Made by a program: the position numbers and the translations under genes
Notes under the pieces: generated by a model
Told to the model about the DNA's origin: nothing
Database searches by the model: none
The model's input: only the letters and a program-made list of their open reading frames with translations
Shown here: positions 19,324-29,450 of the stretch, in pieces
Layout of the letters: the number at the start of each line of letters is the position of its first letter
Numbering within the stretch: the stretch's first letter is position 1
NCBI GenBank assembly: GCA_963677895.2
Contig: CAXXGJ010000018.1
Span: 256,001-320,000, forward strand
Length of the DNA: 64,000 nt
Reading direction: 5' to 3'
From: Treponemataceae bacterium
GTDB taxonomy: Bacteria > Spirochaetota > Spirochaetia > Treponematales > Rectinemataceae

Positions 19324-21101
19324 CAAACGAAAGGTTCGATGCCATGCATATATCGCTCTTGATTCCCAAGTCCAGCGCCTACACCACGGCCAACAAGACA
19401 GGCTCATGGAGCTACATGCGCCCGCGCTACCTGGAAAAGACGGCCCCCTGCTCGGCTCGCTGCCCTTGCGGACAGGATATCCCCCGCATCGAAATGCTGG
19501 CGTCGCGCGGGCGCCTGGAGGCGGCGTGGCGAACCATACTCGCCGAAAACCCTCTGCCCGGAACCTGCGGCCGCGTCTGCTTCCATCCCTGCGAAGAAGC
19601 GTGCAACCGCGGGGAATTCGACGCGGCGGTTTCGATCAACGCGTTGGAGCGCTTCCTCGACGACACGGCGCGCGACCAATCGATCCTCGAAGATAATTCG
19701 AAAGCGCCTCCAAAGGGAAAGCGCGTAGCGATCGTCGGCTCGGGGCCGGCCGGTTTGTCCGCCGCTTATTTCCTCGCGCGGCTGGGATACGAATGCGAGA
19801 TCTTCGAAGCCGGCGACGCGCCAGGCGGCGTGCTGCGCGGCGGCATTCCCTCATATAGACTGCCGAACGCGACCCTGGATCGTGAAATACGGAGAATCGA
19901 AGGCTTGGGAGTCACGATCCATTATTCGACGCCGGCAAGCCCCGAATTCATAGAGTCGGCCGGGTCGCGCTTTGAGGCCGTATTCCTGGGCTGCGGCCAT
20001 GGAAAGCCGACGGCTCTCGGCATTCCCGGCGAGGAACTGGCGCTCGATGGCCTGGAATTCCTCAATAAATGCAAGAATGGATCGTTAGGCGCTTCCAACG
20101 GATCAGCCCTCATCATCGGCGGCGGAAACAGCGCCATTGACGTTGCGCGCTCCATTCTGCGCTCAGGGGTCTCCTCAACGATAGTCTACAGAAGGCGGCG
20201 GGACGATATGCCGGCTTTCAGCCACGAAATAGCACGCGCCGTAGAAGAAGGCGTAAAAATCGTGGAGTTGAGCGCTCCCGCCGCGATAGCGCGCAAGGGT
20301 AAAACTCTCGAGCTGACGGTGCGGAAAATGCGCCCGACGGAGATTGGCGCCGATGGCAGGATGCGCGTCGCGCCCATCGAGGGACAAACCGAAATTCTCG
20401 CGGCCGACGCCATATATTCGGCCGTCGGCGCTTCGGCCGTGGAAGCCTGGATGCTTCCGCCCCGCAATCCGGATGTCCTTCATTTGAGCCACAGCGCGGC
20501 TTTATGGAACTCCCCGGCCGGCATTCCCATCATGTATGGCGGCGACCCCGTCAACGAGGAGGAAAGCGTGGCCGACGCCATCGCTTCCGGCAAACAGGCG
20601 GCCATCGCCCTGGACGTTTTTTTCACGAAGGGGCAGGCGTCGGTGGAAACCGAGATTTCCCGCTGCAGGCTGGGAGACGGCACATCCCTTTCCATGGAGA
20701 TTTATCTCGGCGGAGCGAGGAAGAGCCGCGCGAATAAAGTTGTGCGATTTGAAGATCTGAACGACGATTATTTCGCCCCATTGGAAAGGCAGCGCGGGGT
20801 TTCCATTCCTGCCGACCTTTCAGTCCGGTCTTTCGCCGAAATAGAATCCTGCCTGGATGAGGCAGGCGCGGCGAAACAGGCCGAACGCTGCTTCAACTGC
20901 GGCATCTGCAACGACTGCGACAATTGCCGGACCTACTGTCCCGAGGTCGCGGTATTAGCGGCGCGCGCGGCGCGGGGCGAAACCTGGGCGGAAGATGCCG
21001 GCGTGGATCGCGAAGTGGACGCCGACTATTGCAAGGGCTGCGGCGTATGCGTGACGGAATGCCCGCGCTGCGCGATGGTCATCGAGGAGCAGCAATCATG
21101 A
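19320..21101 (+). CDS. PorD (delta) ferredoxin subunit fused with a GltD/SudA-like FAD/NAD(P)H oxidoreductase
   Basis: NKTGSW...RP, PCxxxCP, CGRVCFHPCE, GSGPAG, GGGNSAID, CNDCDNCRTYCP and CKGCGVCVTECP. Confidence 0.85.
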   Translation: MTNERFDAMHISLLIPKSSAYTTANKTGSWSYMRPRYLEKTAPCSARCPCGQDIPRIEMLASRGRLEAAWRTILAENPLPGTCGRVCFHPCEEACNRGEFDAAVSINALERFLDDTARDQSILEDNSKAPPKGKRVAIVGSGPAGLSAAYFLARLGYECEIFEAGDAPGGVLRGGIPSYRLPNATLDREIRRIEGLGVTIHYSTPASPEFIESAGSRFEAVFLGCGHGKPTALGIPGEELALDGLEFLNKCKNGSLGASNGSALIIGGGNSAIDVARSILRSGVSSTIVYRRRRDDMPAFSHEIARAVEEGVKIVELSAPAAIARKGKTLELTVRKMRPTEIGADGRMRVAPIEGQTEILAADAIYSAVGASAVEAWMLPPRNPDVLHLSHSAALWNSPAGIPIMYGGDPVNEEESVADAIASGKQAAIALDVFFTKGQASVETEISRCRLGDGTSLSMEIYLGGARKSRANKVVRFEDLNDDYFAPLERQRGVSIPADLSVRSFAEIESCLDEAGAAKQAERCFNCGICNDCDNCRTYCPEVAVLAARAARGETWAEDAGVDREVDADYCKGCGVCVTECPRCAMVIEEQQS

Positions 21102-22270
21102 GAGAAGTGCTCGAAGGCAGCCAGGCCGTCGCCGAAGCCGCGCGGCTGGCCAGAGTCAAGGTCGTTTCCGCCTATCCCATCACGCCGCAGACGCATATCG
21201 TCGAAGAGCTGGCGAAATTCTGCTCGGACGGAAGCCTCGACGGCAAGTTCATATGCGTGGAAAGCGAACATTCCGCCATGGCTTCGGTGATAGGCGCCCA
21301 GTCGGGCGGCGTCAGGTCTTTTACGGCCAGCTCCTCCCACGGACTCGCCCTCATGCACGAAATGCTGCACTGGGCTTCGGCCGCCCGCCTCCCCATCGTC
21401 ATGGCCGAAGTGAACCGCGCCCTCGGCCCTGGATGGAACCTCTGGGTGGATCAGACGGACAGCCTCGCGCAGCGCGATACGGGCTGGATACAACTCTACT
21501 GCGCCGACGGCCAGGAAGCCTTCGATACGACCATCCTCGCGTACAGGCTGGCCGAAATCGTGAACCTTCCCGTCATGGTGGTGCTCGACGCCTTCTTCCT
21601 TTCGCATACCTACGAACCTGTCGACGTTCCCACCCAGGCGGAAGTGGACAAGTACCTTCCGCCCTATGAGCCGAAATTTCTCATGGACACGAAGGATGCC
21701 TACACCTTGAATACGGTGGCTCCTCCCAACGTATACATGGAAATGCGGCGGAGCATCCAGATGGCCATGGAAGCGGCGCCCGAAGTCTACGAAAAGATAG
21801 AGGACGAGTTTTATGAGCAGTTCGGGCGCCGCTACGGCCTCGCGGAGGAATATCGCTGCGAGGACGCGGACACCGTCCTGGTCATGGCGGGGACAGCCGC
21901 GGGCACGGCGCGCGTCGCCATAGACAGCCTGCGCGAAAAGGGCGAGAAAGTCGGACTCCTGCGCATCAGGATGTTCCGCCCATTCCCCGTCAATGCCTTG
22001 AGAAAAAGCCTGGCAAAGGCGAAAAAAGTCGCTGTCCTGGACCGGAACTGTTCCTTCGGCGCCGGCGGCATCTTTGCCCAGGAACTGAAGGCCGCCCTCT
22101 ACGGCTCCGGCGCCAATCCCCCCAAACTCTACAGCTACATAACGGGATTGGGAGGACGCGATGTCACGGTCGATACCATAGGGACCATGTACGCCATGAC
22201 CCGAGACCGTGAAGAGCCCGCTTCCGAAAGCCTCTGGCTCGGACTGAACGAGGAGATGCTGAAATCATGA
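21098..22270 (+). CDS. porA: 2-oxoacid:acceptor oxidoreductase alpha subunit
   Basis: AYPITPQT, ESEHSA, TASSSHGL, FRPFP and GLGGRD. Confidence 0.92.
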   Translation: MREVLEGSQAVAEAARLARVKVVSAYPITPQTHIVEELAKFCSDGSLDGKFICVESEHSAMASVIGAQSGGVRSFTASSSHGLALMHEMLHWASAARLPIVMAEVNRALGPGWNLWVDQTDSLAQRDTGWIQLYCADGQEAFDTTILAYRLAEIVNLPVMVVLDAFFLSHTYEPVDVPTQAEVDKYLPPYEPKFLMDTKDAYTLNTVAPPNVYMEMRRSIQMAMEAAPEVYEKIEDEFYEQFGRRYGLAEEYRCEDADTVLVMAGTAAGTARVAIDSLREKGEKVGLLRIRMFRPFPVNALRKSLAKAKKVAVLDRNCSFGAGGIFAQELKAALYGSGANPPKLYSYITGLGGRDVTVDTIGTMYAMTRDREEPASESLWLGLNEEMLKS

Positions 22271-23151
22271 AAAACGACCTTTATTCAGGCATTGAATACA
22301 TGAATTCCGGCCATGTGGGATGTCCTGGCTGCGGCGGCACCATAGCCATGAAGCTGGCCCTGCGCGCCCTGGGCGAAAAGACCGTCCTGGTCATCCCGGC
22401 TTCCTGCTGGGCGATCATGAGCGGCAATTATCCCCAATCCTCCCTGAAAGTGCCGGTCTTCAACACCGGTTTCGCGACGACGGCGGCGGCGGCTTCCGGC
22501 CTCCGCGCCGCCCTCGACCTCCGCGGCGATACGGAAACCACCGTGGTGGGCTGGGCGGGCGACGGCGGCACTTTCGACATCGGCTTCCAGGCGCTGAGCG
22601 CCGCCGCCGAGCGAGGCGAGGATTTCATCTATGTCTGTTACGATAACGAAGCATACATGAATACGGGCGTCCAACGAAGCTCCTCCACGCCCTGGGGCGC
22701 GAGAACCATGACCACGCCCGGAACGAACTGGAAACACACCGAGAAGAAAAATATCGTGGAGATAATGGCCGCGCACCGCATACCCTACGCCGCGACGGCA
22801 AGCATAGCCTATCCAGAGGATCTCGAGCGGAAGATCAACAAAGCGATGTCGATTCGAAGCGGACTGCGCTTCATCCATATCTTTTCCTCATGTCCTACGG
22901 GCTGGGGAATGGCGCCCGAGAATTCAGTCAAAGTGGCGCGCATGGCCGTCCAGTCCAGGGCATTTCCGCTCTACGAGGTTGAGGATGGACTGAAGTACAC
23001 GATCAACGAAGCGGGCGATAAGCCGGTCAAGGATTATCTGCGTTCGCAGAGCCGATTCCGCCATCTCTCGGACGAGGATATCGGCATCATCCAGGAGCGC
23101 CTGGATATCGAATACGGGCGCCTGGTGCGAAAAACCTTGGCCGAGAGCTGA
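22267..23151 (+). CDS. porB: 2-oxoacid:acceptor oxidoreductase beta subunit (TPP-binding)
   Basis: CPGCG, GDGG...DIG, DNEAYMNTG.QRS and CPTGW. Confidence 0.92.
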   Translation: MKNDLYSGIEYMNSGHVGCPGCGGTIAMKLALRALGEKTVLVIPASCWAIMSGNYPQSSLKVPVFNTGFATTAAAASGLRAALDLRGDTETTVVGWAGDGGTFDIGFQALSAAAERGEDFIYVCYDNEAYMNTGVQRSSSTPWGARTMTTPGTNWKHTEKKNIVEIMAAHRIPYAATASIAYPEDLERKINKAMSIRSGLRFIHIFSSCPTGWGMAPENSVKVARMAVQSRAFPLYEVEDGLKYTINEAGDKPVKDYLRSQSRFRHLSDEDIGIIQERLDIEYGRLVRKTLAES

Positions 23152-23193
23152 CGCGGCCCTTGCGGGGTTGTCGCCCCTGATACTCGGAGAATC

Positions 23194-24078
23194 ATGCGAG
23201 TCATCCCTTATCTGCTCGATGGGCTCTCCCCGCTCGACCATATGTCCATCGAGAATGTACTCCTCGAAACCTGGGGAAGGCCCGAAGGTTTGCTTCTTTT
23301 CTACATAAATGGACCGTCGGTCATCATAGGGCGCAATCAGAATCCCTGGCGCGAGGCCGCTCCCGGTACCGGTCTTCCTCTGTACAGGCGCGCCTCCGGG
23401 GGAGGCGCCGTGTATCACGACGAGGGCAACCTCAACTGGGCGCTGATCGTGCCTCGCCTCATGCATTCCCAGGACGCGGAGCTGGCCATGGTGGCCGCCG
23501 CGCTTTCCGCCCAGGGAGTCGACGCGGTGCCGGGACCGCGCGGCGGCCTCTACTGCGGCCCCACTTCGCCTCACGAGAACAAGAAATTGTCAGGCACGGC
23601 CAGGCGCTTCGGTACCCGGAACGTGCTCCACCACGGGACGCTCCTCGTCCATGCCGACATGGCCAGACTCCACGCGAGCCTCGGCGGAATCCAGACCTTC
23701 AATGATCGATCGCTGCCTTCGGTACCAGCCGCGCCGCTCAACCTGTCTACCCTGGACCCATCGATTCAGATGGAACCCCTCATCGAAGCGCTCTCCAGAC
23801 AAATCGCCGGTGTTCCCCCTCGGCCTCTCCCCGCAGCCTTCGCCGACCCCCTACGCATGGAGAAGGAGACGACGAGACTTGCGTCGGACGAGTGGATTTA
23901 TCATGCCACGGCGCCGTTTTCCGTCCTCCTGGAGGGCGGAGAAAACGCCGCGTCCGCCCGCATCGAAAAAGGCCTCGTAGCGGCGATTTCCGGATCCGGC
24001 GTCGACGGCTCCTATCTTGGCCGGCCTTTTTCATATTCACTCCTCGAGGCAATGATGGAGCTAATTCGCTCGCGGTAA
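23194..24078 (+). CDS. lplA: Lipoate-protein ligase A family
   Basis: VIIGRNQNPW, RRASGGGAVYHDEGNLN, KLSGTA and HHGTLL. Confidence 0.88.
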   Translation: MRVIPYLLDGLSPLDHMSIENVLLETWGRPEGLLLFYINGPSVIIGRNQNPWREAAPGTGLPLYRRASGGGAVYHDEGNLNWALIVPRLMHSQDAELAMVAAALSAQGVDAVPGPRGGLYCGPTSPHENKKLSGTARRFGTRNVLHHGTLLVHADMARLHASLGGIQTFNDRSLPSVPAAPLNLSTLDPSIQMEPLIEALSRQIAGVPPRPLPAAFADPLRMEKETTRLASDEWIYHATAPFSVLLEGGENAASARIEKGLVAAISGSGVDGSYLGRPFSYSLLEAMMELIRSR

Positions 24079-24138
24079 AGAATTCCGCGGCTTTGCCGAT
24101 GGATCTGTCGCTAAAGCCCGCTTGTATCGATTATTTTC

Positions 24139-24167
24139 TTGACATGCAGGCGAGGCTCACCTATAAT
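24139..24167 (+). promoter_or_regulatory. Perfect-consensus sigma70 promoter
   Basis: TTGACA (24139-24144)-N17-TATAAT (24162-24167). Confidence 0.8.
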
Positions 24168-24247
24168 TATCCCTCATATCTATATAAAAAGCGCAATTTT
24201 TGCCTCCGCATAGATTTCGCAACCAAGAAATGAGCGAGAAAAGATAA

Positions 24248-25150
24248 TTGAGTACAAAAAGTGTGGGTTTCTATAAACGGCTCATTCTCATCATCGTTGC
24301 CGCGGTTTTAGTACTGCCCATCGTAGCCTGTGTGATTTTGGGCATCCAAAACATTGGGATGAGAAAAAAGATCAAAGCGGCGACGTCTCCCCCCGATGAC
24401 ATCGTGACCGTTGGCGCCACCCAGCTCGAACCCGCTGGAATCGCGCGCGACAAGCCTGTCCTCAGCTATCAAATTCTCTATCCGGATTTCAACACTAATT
24501 TTTACGGCTTCAAGGAAGACCTCGTCGGCGATAAAACCGTTTTTCTCACCTTCGACGACGGTCCCTCCACCGGAACGGACGAGCTGCTCGAAGTGCTCAG
24601 AAAGCATGAAATCAAGGCCACCTTTTTCGTGAACGGAAAATCGAACCGGGTGCTGACCGATAAACTGAAACATATCGCCAACGAAGGGCACGCGATAGGG
24701 ATGCACAGTTATTCGCATCGGTACAACGTCATCTATAAAAACATGGAAAATTTCCTCGACGATTTCTACCGTAATTATCTGTATATCAAAGCAGAGACAG
24801 GTAAAGCGCCGGAAATTCTCAGGTTTCCGGGCGGAAGCATCAATATTTTCAACATCTCCACCTATCAATCCGTCGTAGCCGAGGTTTTAAGACGAGGATT
24901 TATATACTATGATTGGAATGTGAGCGCGGGCGACGCGATAGGGGGAGCCACAACCCAGAGCATCATCGACAACGTGATCAATGGGGTGCGTCTTTGCTGG
25001 GGACCAGCCATTGTGCTTATGCATGACAACGGAAAACCGGCATTGATCAACGCGTTGAGTACAATCATTGAAACGCTGGCGAACGAGGGGTATGAGTTCA
25101 GGATCCTCGATAATTCTATCAAGCCCCCAATGTTCATATATCCGGATTGA
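24248..25150 (+). CDS. Membrane-anchored polysaccharide (peptidoglycan GlcNAc) deacetylase, NodB/CE4
   Basis: N-terminal TM; CE4 motifs TFDDGP, HSYSH, RFPGG, DW..D and LMHD. Confidence 0.9.
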   Translation: MSTKSVGFYKRLILIIVAAVLVLPIVACVILGIQNIGMRKKIKAATSPPDDIVTVGATQLEPAGIARDKPVLSYQILYPDFNTNFYGFKEDLVGDKTVFLTFDDGPSTGTDELLEVLRKHEIKATFFVNGKSNRVLTDKLKHIANEGHAIGMHSYSHRYNVIYKNMENFLDDFYRNYLYIKAETGKAPEILRFPGGSINIFNISTYQSVVAEVLRRGFIYYDWNVSAGDAIGGATTQSIIDNVINGVRLCWGPAIVLMHDNGKPALINALSTIIETLANEGYEFRILDNSIKPPMFIYPD

Positions 25151-25180
25151 CGAGCGTATCCTTACGCAGGGAGAGAAACG

Positions 25181-25816
25181 ATGAAAATGCAAGGTAATTT
25201 CCTAAAGGCCGTTGACGAGCTGATGAACGGAAAATTCTCGGGGATCAAGACGGACCTTAAGGAAGTCAACAGTCCGGGAGAACCTGAAACCGACCTCGAA
25301 CCTGGTCCGGCCGCGTCCGCGGATTATAAATTTAGCGAAAAGGCTCAACCGGACTTCACAGTGAGCCTCGGGACTTCGGTGCGGCGTATCGACGGCGGAA
25401 GCGTCGAGGCCGTCATCACCGGCGATATGACGGTTAAAGGGAACATCAATTCCACGGCCAATATTTCGATTTCCGGAACGATACTCGGCGATGTAAGCAG
25501 CGAAGGCGACGTCGTCGTGAAGGGCAAGGTAGAAGGAAACATCACCGTCCATTCCCTGTCGGTCGAGGGCGGGAATATCTCGGGGGATATAGTCTCTTCC
25601 GGGGTTGTCACCGTCGCCGACGGCTCATCTATCGACGGCAACATCAAGGCCGAACGGATTGAGGTGAACGGCCGGATAATCGGCAACCTGGACTCCGCCA
25701 CGAAGATAATACTCCACCCAAAATCGGTGATTGAAGGCAATATAACGGCTCTGGAACTTTCCATGACAGAAGGCGCCGAGCTTAAGGGCGCCATGAACGT
25801 CCATAAAAAGTCCTGA
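25181..25816 (+). CDS. Bactofilin (polymer-forming cytoskeletal protein)
   Basis: Repeated beta-helix turns VKGNI / ILGDV / VEGNI / ISGDI / IDGNI / IIGNL / IEGNI, ending EGAELKG. Confidence 0.88.
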   Translation: MKMQGNFLKAVDELMNGKFSGIKTDLKEVNSPGEPETDLEPGPAASADYKFSEKAQPDFTVSLGTSVRRIDGGSVEAVITGDMTVKGNINSTANISISGTILGDVSSEGDVVVKGKVEGNITVHSLSVEGGNISGDIVSSGVVTVADGSSIDGNIKAERIEVNGRIIGNLDSATKIILHPKSVIEGNITALELSMTEGAELKGAMNVHKKS

Positions 25817-25829
25817 AGAGATTTTTCTT

Positions 25830-26618
25830 ATGGAAATAAGCCGCTATGAACGCCCGAAAACCATGGATGAAGCGTATTCCCTGATCGTCGAACAGCGGGG
25901 ATTGCCCGTCGCGGGCGGCGCATGGACCCACCTGACCATGAAGAAGACAGCCCTGGCCGTCGATCTGTCGGGTCTGGAGCTGCGTTACATCCGCGATGCC
26001 GGCGATGCTATGGAAATCGGGGCGATGACGACGGCGCGCGATCTGGAGACTTCTTCGCTGCTCGCGGCCGAGTTTGGGAATATCTTCAGCGAGGCTACCA
26101 GCCATATCGTGGGCGTGCAGCTCCGGAACGTGATTTCGGTCGGAGGCAGCGTGGCGGGAAAATTCGGCTTTTCCGATCTCGTCACGGTTCTGACGGCGAT
26201 GAACGCGTCGCTTCGCTTTTATGGCGGAGCGATGGCGGATATATCCGGATTCCTCGCGGCGTCCAAGGAAGGCCCTTTTCTTCTGGAAAAGATCGTCGTG
26301 AAGAAGGGCGCGAAGGCGGCCTTCCAAAGTCTGCGCGTCACGAAAAATGATTTCGCCGTACTGAATGCCTGCGCCGCTTTTGCCGATGGCGGCTGGCGAA
26401 TCGCCGTGGGGGCGCGGCCCGCGGCCTCCCGGCTCAGTCCCGCGGCGGCTGACGTTCTCGGGCGGGAAGGGACCCCGACCGTGGAGGCCGCGGGCCGCGC
26501 CGGCGATGCCGCGGCGGCGGAGCTCTCCTTTGGCGACGATACGCGGGGCAGCGCCGAATACAGGCGCGCCGTCTGCGCCGTTCTCGTGAAACGGGCCGTC
26601 ATGGAGGCCTCCCGATGA
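25830..26618 (+). CDS. Xanthine dehydrogenase family FAD-binding subunit
   Basis: AGGAW, IGAMTT, QLRNVISVGG and D.RGSAEYRR. Confidence 0.9.
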   Translation: MEISRYERPKTMDEAYSLIVEQRGLPVAGGAWTHLTMKKTALAVDLSGLELRYIRDAGDAMEIGAMTTARDLETSSLLAAEFGNIFSEATSHIVGVQLRNVISVGGSVAGKFGFSDLVTVLTAMNASLRFYGGAMADISGFLAASKEGPFLLEKIVVKKGAKAAFQSLRVTKNDFAVLNACAAFADGGWRIAVGARPAASRLSPAAADVLGREGTPTVEAAGRAGDAAAAELSFGDDTRGSAEYRRAVCAVLVKRAVMEASR

Positions 26619-27070
26619 TCATCAACCTGAAGGTGAACGGCAAATCCATCGGCGTGGAATGCAATCCCGGCGATCCCCTGGTCGATGTCCTGCGCGCCGC
26701 CGGCTACACCGAAGTCAAGAAAGGCTGCGGTACGGGCAACTGCGGCCTTTGCACGGTTCTCCTCGACGGAGTGCCCGTACCCTCCTGTTCCGTCTTCGCG
26801 GGCCGCGCGGCCGACCGCGCCATAACGACGATTCGCGGCGTGGAAAGGGAAGCGGCTGAACTCGCGAAGTTCATCACCGCCGAAGGCGCGGAACAATGCG
26901 GTTTCTGTTCTCCAGGCTTCGCCCTCATGGTGCTGGCCATGAAAAAAGAATTGTCTTCCCCCACCGATGCCGAGATAAGGCATTATCTGGCGGGCAACCT
27001 CTGCCGCTGCTCCGGCTACGAAGGGCATCTCCGCGCCGTAAGGAAATACCTGGAGGCCGGCCGTGAGTAG
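26615..27070 (+). CDS. Xanthine dehydrogenase family 2Fe-2S subunit
   Basis: GCGTGNCGLC, QCGFCSPG and GNLCRCSGY. Confidence 0.93.
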   Translation: MIINLKVNGKSIGVECNPGDPLVDVLRAAGYTEVKKGCGTGNCGLCTVLLDGVPVPSCSVFAGRAADRAITTIRGVEREAAELAKFITAEGAEQCGFCSPGFALMVLAMKKELSSPTDAEIRHYLAGNLCRCSGYEGHLRAVRKYLEAGRE

Positions 27071-29393
27071 GAATTTCATCTCCGTCGGACATAACTTCCC
27101 CAAGATCGACGGCCTAGGCCTCGTCACGGGCCGGCCGGCCTATACGGACGATCTCGCTCCCAGGGACGCGCTCGTCGTCAAAATCCTGCGAAGCCCGCAC
27201 GCTTTCGCCAGAATCATCTCCATCGACGCGTCGAAAGCGCTCGCGTTGCCCGGCGTCGCCTGCGTCCTGACATGGAAGGATGTCGGGCGCGTGCCCTATA
27301 CCCGCGCCGGCCAGGGACATCCCGAGCCCAGTCCGCACGATAAATTCATACTGGACGAATATGTGCGCTATGTCGGGGATGAAGTCGCCATCGTCGCGGC
27401 CGAGGACGACGCGACGGCGGAGCGGGCGCTGTCGCTCATCGTTGCGGAGTACGAGATTCTCGAACCGGTCCTGGATTTCGAGAACGCGGCCGACAATCCT
27501 ATCGTCATTCATCCCGAACCCGAAATACACGAAATGTTCCCCATCGGTTTCAAGCCGAGGCGCAATATCGCGGCCGCTTACGACATGAAAATCGGCGATG
27601 TCGAAAAAGAGCTTGCCAAGAGCGATATCGTGCTGCAGAAGGCATTTTACACGCAGGCCCAGTCCCATGTCGCCATGGAACCGCATGTCGCCTTCAGCTA
27701 TCTCGATATCCACGGCAGGCTGAATATCTGCACGAGCACGCAGAATCCCTTCCATACGCGGCGCATCCTCGGCCAGGCGCTTTCAATGCCCCTCTCCCGG
27801 ATCAGGGTGATGAAGCCGAGGATCGGCGGAGGTTTCGGCGGAAAGCAGCATATCCACGTCGAGCCCTTCGTCGCGCTTGTCACCTTGAGGACCGGCCGCG
27901 CCGCGCGCATCGCCTTAAGCCGCAGGGAAGTGTTCGAAGCCACCTTCTGCCGGCATCAGATGCGCATAAGCATGCGTATCGGAGCCGACAAGGATGGTTC
28001 GCTCAACGTAGTCGACATGAACGTGCTCTCCAACACGGGCGCGTACGGGGAACACGCGTTGACCGTCTTCATGGTGGGGGGCTCCAAGACTTTGCCGCTC
28101 TACAACAAGACGAAAGCCGTGCACTACGGCGGAAAGGTCGTGTACACCAACAAGGTTTCCTCGGGCGCTTTCCGCGGTTACGGCGCCATCCAGGGGAATT
28201 TCGCCCTCGAGTCGATGATGGATGAACTGGCGCACGCGCTGCGGCTGGACCCGGTCGCCCTGCGCGAGAAGAATATGATCCGCGAAGGCGAGACGAGCGA
28301 GGTTTTCCGGATCATGGGCGAGGGAAGCGAAGGCATTGAAATGACGGTCGAGTCCTGCAAGCTCGATTACTGCGTCGCGCGCGGCAAGGAACTGATCGGA
28401 TGGGAGCCCGGAAGTCTGGCGCGGGAAGTGGCGCCTGGCCGGATCAGGGCCAAAGGAATGGCCATAGCGATGCAGGGATCGGGCATTCCGCTCGTCGATA
28501 TGGGATCGGCGACGCTCGAACTTCAGGACGGAGGATGCTTCAAGCTGCGGGTGGGCGCCACCGACCTGGGCACGGGCAGCGACACGATTCTCGCCCAGAT
28601 AGCCGCGGAAGAACTCGGGATTCCGGTTTCCTCCATCGTCGTGTACGCGTCGGACACGGATCACACTCCTTTCGACGTAGGCGCCTACGCGTCGAGCACC
28701 ACCTATGTGTCGGGCAACGCTGTCCTCTCCGCGGCCAGGAAAATGAAGATTGTCCTGGAGGAAGCGGTTGCGGAACGTTATGCGATAAACAAAGACGAAG
28801 TGATCTTTGACGGCGTCAATTTTCTTAGGAACGACGGGACTGCCCTTGTCGGTTTGGCGGAATTCAGTTTCGATACGCTCTACCACAACGGCGAGCTCAT
28901 GAAGACCTTGACCGCGACGGCTTCCTTCACCGGGGAAAAGTCGCCGCCGCCTTACATGGCCGGTTTCGCCGAAATCGAGGTGGATCTCGAGACAGGGAAA
29001 GTGGATCTTCTGAAGTACGTCGCGGTGGTCGATTGCGGCACGACGATAAATCCCAATCTCGCGCGCATCCAGATGGAGGGGGGACTGCTCCAGGGCATCG
29101 GCATGGCCTTGTTCGAGAATGTCAAATACAGCGGTAAAGGGAAGCTTCTCACGAACAGCCTCATGACCTATACGGTGCCGTCGCGCGAGGATGTCGGCGA
29201 GATAATCGTGGAGTTCGCGGACAGCTACGAACCTTCGGGTCCTTTCGGCGCCAAGTCCGTGGCGGAAATCGGCATCGATACGCCGCCGGCGGCCATCGCC
29301 AACGCTATCCGGAACGCCACCGGTCTTCGTTTTGTCGAAACGCCTTTTACTCCGGAACGCGTGCTGATGGCGCTGAAGGCCGCGGCTAAATAA
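27063..29393 (+). CDS. Xanthine dehydrogenase family molybdopterin-binding subunit (XdhD-like)
   Basis: RSPHA, MEPH, GGGFGGK, AFRGYG, GQ-like DLGTG, ASSTTY and GAKSVAE. Confidence 0.92.
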   Translation: MSRNFISVGHNFPKIDGLGLVTGRPAYTDDLAPRDALVVKILRSPHAFARIISIDASKALALPGVACVLTWKDVGRVPYTRAGQGHPEPSPHDKFILDEYVRYVGDEVAIVAAEDDATAERALSLIVAEYEILEPVLDFENAADNPIVIHPEPEIHEMFPIGFKPRRNIAAAYDMKIGDVEKELAKSDIVLQKAFYTQAQSHVAMEPHVAFSYLDIHGRLNICTSTQNPFHTRRILGQALSMPLSRIRVMKPRIGGGFGGKQHIHVEPFVALVTLRTGRAARIALSRREVFEATFCRHQMRISMRIGADKDGSLNVVDMNVLSNTGAYGEHALTVFMVGGSKTLPLYNKTKAVHYGGKVVYTNKVSSGAFRGYGAIQGNFALESMMDELAHALRLDPVALREKNMIREGETSEVFRIMGEGSEGIEMTVESCKLDYCVARGKELIGWEPGSLAREVAPGRIRAKGMAIAMQGSGIPLVDMGSATLELQDGGCFKLRVGATDLGTGSDTILAQIAAEELGIPVSSIVVYASDTDHTPFDVGAYASSTTYVSGNAVLSAARKMKIVLEEAVAERYAINKDEVIFDGVNFLRNDGTALVGLAEFSFDTLYHNGELMKTLTATASFTGEKSPPPYMAGFAEIEVDLETGKVDLLKYVAVVDCGTTINPNLARIQMEGGLLQGIGMALFENVKYSGKGKLLTNSLMTYTVPSREDVGEIIVEFADSYEPSGPFGAKSVAEIGIDTPPAAIANAIRNATGLRFVETPFTPERVLMALKAAAK

Positions 29394-29450
29394 CGCCGAA
29401 CAAAGAGAGCCGAGGGAATAAGACCTAGGAAAGACGCCGCATTCGGGGCT

